Both the position numbers and the translations under genes were made by a program. Under the pieces are notes generated by a model. That model did not search any database and was not told the DNA's origin. It saw only the letters and a program-made list of their open reading frames with translations. Below are positions 58,911-64,000 of a stretch of DNA of 64,000 nucleotides, in pieces (within the stretch, counting starts at the first letter, position 1; every line of letters starts with the position of its first letter). This stretch comes from Blastocladiella emersonii ATCC 22665 (taxonomy: Eukaryota; Fungi; Blastocladiomycota): NCBI GenBank assembly GCA_025594325.1, contig JANHCV010000010.1, forward strand, positions 1,550,001-1,614,000, read 5' to 3'.

Positions 58911-59289
58911 GGCGGCAAGTGGTGGGGATGGGTTTTTTGGGAGGGGAGGGAGGGCTCGCTCGCGGTGAGGGGCGCGGCACGGCCGAGTCGACACGGCCAA
59001 AACACTTGGGCCGCCGCCGATCGCAAGTAAGCGCATCATTCGCGTCATCTGATGTCACGCGCGCCGCCGCGACCCGCGTTCCGCCTCTTCGAAGCTTCCC
59101 CCTCTCCTCCTCCTCGTAGCGACCACCCTGCAATCTCAATGAAACCTCGCCCGCGCCACCGTGCGCTCTAGCCCGACTCGCCATGTATACCGCCCTCGCG
59201 CCACGCCGCGCCGACCCGCCGCCACCGTGCCCTGATCGCGGTCGCCTGTCTAGACCCGCCGCCGCCACACCGGCATAGACGCCGCCACC

Positions 59290-61597
59290 ATGTCTGCACC
59301 ACAAGATCCGCCCGCGCGGCCGCCCGGCGCGTCCGGCAGCGCCGTCCTCAACCACGCCGCCCTGCTCCTCGAGGGCCTGTCGACCTCCGAGAGCGGGTCC
59401 TCGTCCATCAGCAGCTTTGCCAACGTCGCCTTCGGCATCAGCTCCGAGACCCGCACCGACGAGCGGCAGCGATCGTACATCTGCGCGAGTTCGGCGCCCT
59501 CATCGCGGTGGACTGACCCCCCGCATCGCGCCGCGTAGCCTCGTCACGCAGGCCACGGGCGTCACCCAGGCCGACAACCACCTCCGCGCCCTCGGCCGCA
59601 ACTCGAACATCCTCAACCCTGCCGACCCGCGCATCAAGGAGGTGCGTTTGGGGCTTCGCGCCGTCCACCCGCGCGATCCGCCCGCTCACCACCTTCAAAC
59701 CGTAGGACATTGTCCGCCTCATGGTCCAGTACCTCAACGACGAGGGCTTCCACGCGTCCAAGATGACCCTGCAGGACGAGGCCAACGTGCGCATGCACGA
59801 GGCCGCCGAGCGCCAGACGGACCTGCGCCGCCTGCGCAAGGCCGTGCTGGACGGCGACTGGCCCGAGGTCGACAAGCTGCTCTCCTCATCGTCCACGGCG
59901 CGCGTCGCCGCGCTTTTGGGGAAGCAGCACAAACCCTTCCTCTACGCCCTGTACAAGCAGCAGTTCCTCGAGTACATTGAGCACCACGAGGTCCACAAGG
60001 CCTTCTCGCTCCTCAACAAGCGCCTCAAGCCGCTCGAGCACTTCCAGACCACCGCCGACGAGTTCCGCGACCTGTGCTACCTCCTCACCGCAAAGAGCGT
60101 CCACGACGCCGCCTGCTTCCGCAACTGGGAGGGGATCGGGCCCGGCCGCGAGCGGCTCGCCGAGCAGCTCCAGGCTATGGTCGATCTCGAGGGCATCGAC
60201 CGCGAGGGTACGCTTCATTCGTGTTCTTTGATTCGTTCGCTGGCTGACATTCGCATCGCACATATGGCTAGTCTTCGTGCCGCCCAACCGCCTCATCAAC
60301 CTCCTCAAGCAGGCCGTCGCCTACCAGGTCGAGTACGCCCGGTACCACCCAAAGGTCCCGCCGCGCATCCAATCGTACGTCCCTCACCTCACTGCCCCCT
60401 CACACAACCAACTCACCCCGCGACCCACACCGTAGACTACTCGAGGACTACACGGCCTACATCATCCCGAACGCCGTCCGCCACGTGCTCGCCGGCCACG
60501 CCGACAACGTCAAGTGCTGCACCTTTGTCGGCGCCGACGGCCAGCTCATCGCCAGCGGGTCCAGCGACAACACGGCCCGCCTGTGGCACACCGAGTCGGG
60601 CACCCAAGCCGCCATCCTGCACGGCCACACCTCGCGCATCTGGGACCTCGTCGCCGACCCGCTCGGACACACCGTCGCCACCGCCTCGGGCGACGGCTCG
60701 ATCCGCCTGTGGGACGTGCGCCGTATGTACGACGACCCGGCGGCGGCTGCCCCGGCGGCGGGTACCCCCGCGGATGGCGCGCCCGCAGCAGCTGCGGTAC
60801 CAGCACCTGCCGCGCCTGTGACCGGCGCGCTCCCGCTGCCGTCGCTCGCGGCGTCCGCGGTCCTGTCGGGCCACGCCGGCGACGTGTACACGGTGGCGTA
60901 CCACCCGGGCGGCGCGCAGCTCGCGTCGGGCGGGTACGACCGCACCGTACGCATCTGGGACGCGGCGACGGGCGCGCCCATCAAGACGTTTGCCGGGACC
61001 GGCGGCGTGCACTCGTCGTCGTCATCCGGCAGCAGCACGTCGAGCAGCGGGACGGGCCACTCGCTCGCCGTGACCGCTACGGCGTTCACGCCCATGGGCA
61101 ACCTGCTGGTGACGGGGTCCAAGGACTCGACGCTGCGGTTCTGGGACCTGATCTCGGGCGTGTGCGTGCGCACGCTGACGTCGCACCTGGGCGAGGTCAC
61201 GTCCGTGTCCTGCTCCCCCTCGGGGACGTACCTGCTCACGTCGTCCAAGGACAACGCCAACCGGCTGTGGGACCTGCGCATGCTGCCGCGGCCGCTGCGC
61301 CGGTTCAAGGGCCACACCAACACGGCCAAGAACTTTGTCCGGGCCGCGTTTGCCGGCGGCGGCGACGGCGCCCTGATCGTCGGCGGGTCCGAGGACGGCG
61401 TCGGGTACGTCTGGGACCGCGAGTCCGGCGCGCTCCTCCAGCGGCTCCGCGCCCACCGCGGCACCATGTACGACGTCCGGTGGTGCGCCAGGCAGCAGCT
61501 CCTCGTGTCGTGCTCCGAGGACGCCACCGTGCGCACCTGGCACTACGACGACCGGCGGCCGATCGGGACGGATGACGACGCTGAGTATGGGATGTGA
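59290..61597 (+). CDS. LisH-CTLH-CRA + WD40 protein (WDR26/Gid7-TOPLESS-like architecture)
   Basis: IVRLMVQYLNDEGF (LisH), LRKAVLDGDWPEV and YKQQFLEYIE (CTLH), NWEGIGPGRERL and VPPNRLINLLKQAVAYQ, followed by about 7 WD40 repeats. Several introns. Confidence 0.8.
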
Positions 61598-61690
61598 TGA
61601 CGGTCACGGTGGAGAGGAACATTTACAAGCTTTGTTACACACACACGACTCGGGACACACTACATGTCACAAACACACTCCTTCTTGATC

Positions 61691-62184
61691 TTAGGCGTCC
61701 TTGTTGTTGGCGGCCAGGTCCTCGGGGCCGAAGGCGAGCGGGAGCAGGTCGCGCATCGCGTACTGCTTGACCTCGCCCGACACCTTGGTCAGGATGACGA
61801 CGGCGCCCAGACCGAACTCGGACAGGAACTGGCGGCACACACCGCACGGCGCGCAGAAATCGTCGAGGTCCGAGGTGATGGCGACCGCGATGAGCTTGCA
61901 GTCACCTTCACTCACAGCTTTCACCAGTGCGCAGCGCTCGGCGCAGGTCGTAGGACTGTACGCGGCCGATTCGATGTTGCACCCCGTGTAAACCTTGCCG
62001 GAGCCCATCAGGATCGCAGCGCCGACGCGGAACTTGGAGTAGGGCGAGTACGAGAACTCCTTGGCCTTGACGGCCTCGGCGACGAGCAGGTCGCGCTGCG
62101 ACTCGGTGATCGAGTAGTTGCCTACGCGACAGCAGCGTGAGCCGACCGAGATCATGGAGATGCATAGTGTTACTACTCACTCAT
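61691..62184 (-). CDS. CDD1: Cytidine deaminase
   Basis: Motifs YSPYSKFRVGAA, GCNIESAAY, CAERCAL and PCGVCRQF. The true start is ATG A|GTGAGT at 62184, with intron 62122-62180. Confidence 0.95.
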
Positions 62185-62707
62185 GGTGGTGATATTAGAT
62201 AAATAGCGTTTGCGGCGGGAGGGGGGAAAACCCGAACAAGCTGGCGCCATCGCCGCCTTTTGTAGCCGCCGCCGCCGCCACCCACCCGACCGGGTGGCGC
62301 GCGGATCATCCTCGGAAGGTTGCGCCGCTCACGTGTGGCGTGCAGCGAGGGTTGGACGCACGTGCGGCGACCGCGGATGAGCGGCGCGTCCATGGCCGCG
62401 GACTCGGTCGGGGCGACGTGCTCGCGCTCAAGGCCCGGTCGCGGTCACCAAACGTGGTGCCACGCTCGGGGTCCCCCGGCCGTGACGGCGCCGCCCTGAG
62501 TGGGCAGACCGCGATGCGCGGGCACCAGTCAGCGACGAGGTTCGAGGACCGACTCAACCGAGCCAGCATCAGGTCAAGACTCTTTCACGCAGTACGTCAA
62601 GGGACCGTTACGCAACAAGGAAGTTGTAACGAGGGGATTGAGTGGTATGGGAAACACATGTGCGTTTGTCAAAGAAGCAAGTAGTGGTCGTGCTCAGTAC
62701 TCGAGAG

Positions 62708-64000
62708 TTACACGAGGTAGGCCCGAACCACGTCGGCCGAGATGCGCGACGCGTTGAGGAACAGCAGCGTGTTGGCCGTGTTGGCGCGGCTGATCGTGTT
62801 GACCACGCCCTTGGTCGCCGCGTTGCGCAGGTACCGCACCATGAGCGACGGCGACATGCCGACCTGCGCCAGGATCCCCGCCACGGCGCCCTGTTGAGAG
62901 TCACTCGAGTCAGTCGGTGGCCTTCGAGGGTGCAGGTCCGAGAGAAGCGTACCGTAACGTGCGGCGAGGCCATGGACGTGCCGCTCATCATGACCGTACC
63001 GGTACTCGACGCGCGGCTCAGCGAAGTGATCCCGTCGCCGGGCGCGAGAACATTGACGCTACACGACGACCGAAACCGAGTAAGTCGAGAGCCCAAAGGC
63101 CGACGATCAGCATATGACGTACCAGCTGCCCCAGTTGCTCCACGACGTGAGTCTGTTCTGCGAGTTGATGGCGCCCACGACCAGGACCCCGGGCGTGACC
63201 AGGGACGCCGACGCGGGCGAGTACTGGCACGAGTCGGCCCCCGAGTTGCCCGCCGCCACGACCACATGCACGCCGCTGTCGACGGCGCTCTTGACCGCCG
63301 CGTTCAGCGCGTCGCTTTTCGGACCGGCAATCGACATGCTACGGGACGACGGGACGGGTGAGTTAGTTAGGGGACCGAGCAGCGCAACTGACTGCTCACA
63401 AGCAACGTACTTGACCACCGAGGCGCGGCCAGTCGAGTTCTTGCGCGAGACAACCCTGAAAGTACGCGTGTGACGGGGTCAGTCATGGGCGGCCATCAAC
63501 ATCAACATGAGCGCTAGAAGACTTACCAGTTGAGCGCCGAGATCATCGAACTCCACGAGCCCGAGCCCGCCGCGTTGAGCACCTTGACGTTGATGATGCT
63601 GGTGTTCCGGGCGACGCCGTTGATGATGGCCCCCGAAATGCCGGCGACGTGGCTCCCGTGGCCATTGAGGTCTACGGAGGGCGAATCTGTCAGCTTTGTG
63701 TCCGCTCAGCAGTGAAGAGTTGATGAGGCGTACCGTTGGACGTGTTGTCCGACGAGAAGTTGGGCCCGGCCAGGACGCGGCCGGCGAGCTGGACGTGGTC
63801 TACAGGTGCGCGCAAATGAGTGTCGTCAGCGTGTGGCAACCCGTCGAGGAATGACGCGTTCACGTACTCGGCATCACGCCCGTGTCGAGAATGTACACGT
63901 CGACGTTCTTGCCGGACCGCGGGTTGAAGCTGTAGACGGACGGCTGCGTGACGGCGCGCTGCCAGATGCGGGCCAGGTTCCAGGTCGCGCCCGTCTGCGT
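62708..64000 (-). CDS. Subtilisin-like serine protease (S8), 5' end beyond the window
   Basis: Catalytic triad motifs VDVYILDTG, NGHGSHVAG and GTSMASPHV, plus VVAAGN. Multiple short introns. Confidence 0.93.

Noticed and set aside
61691-62155. ORF-track start MISVGSRCCRV for cytidine deaminase
   Set aside because: These residues are intron sequence. An ATG A|GTGAGT...CTCAC...TAG structure gives the better start at 62184.
95-64000. Hundreds of long overlapping ORFs in the six-frame track (e.g. 95-1684, 1533-3467, 8635-10491, 29412-30995, 35601-37211)
   Set aside because: Arg/Ala/Pro/Gly-rich shadow frames caused by high GC and GC3 bias. They overlap recognisable genes in other frames and have no family motifs.

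Overview
GC-rich (roughly two-thirds G+C by eye), intron-containing eukaryotic DNA. Most introns are about 55-75 nt, with GTACGC/GTGCGC donors, CTGAC/CTAAC/CTCAC branch points and YAG acceptors. This splice style, plus the gene content (vinculin, attractin-like and sphingomyelin-synthase-family genes among fungal housekeeping genes), suggests an early-diverging, probably zoosporic fungus (inference). About 24 compactly spaced genes are recognisable: CNT transporter, ACL4, TIM44, LST8, VPS60, YKT6, vinculin, a mitochondrial carrier, RCF1, TRM140, VPS16, RPS8, NmrA-like, ADH, TFG2, an HhH-like gene, an IDP, a Cys/Met PLP enzyme, attractin-like, SMS-like, BRL1/BRR6, ACP1, LisH/CTLH-WD40, CDD1 and a subtilisin. 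Two accessory zones interrupt them (20.0-24.9 kb and 35.9-54.6 kb). Highlights: (1) a complete 4.6-kb DNA transposon (35953-40554) with perfect 15-bp TIRs, an exact 9-bp TSD, subterminal inverted motifs and a spliced but disabled P-element/THAP9-type DDE transposase plus a repeat-bearing extra ORF; (2) a tandem exon+intron array with nine well-formed introns but no continuous ORF upstream of VPS16, partly copied in inverted orientation 30 kb away together with a VPS16 5' pseudogene; (3) a 606-nt first intron in RPS8 in which a candidate stop-containing cassette exon is bracketed by a perfect 16-bp inverted repeat; (4) a full-length vinculin with a C-terminal extension. Most entries in the ORF track are GC-driven shadow frames.
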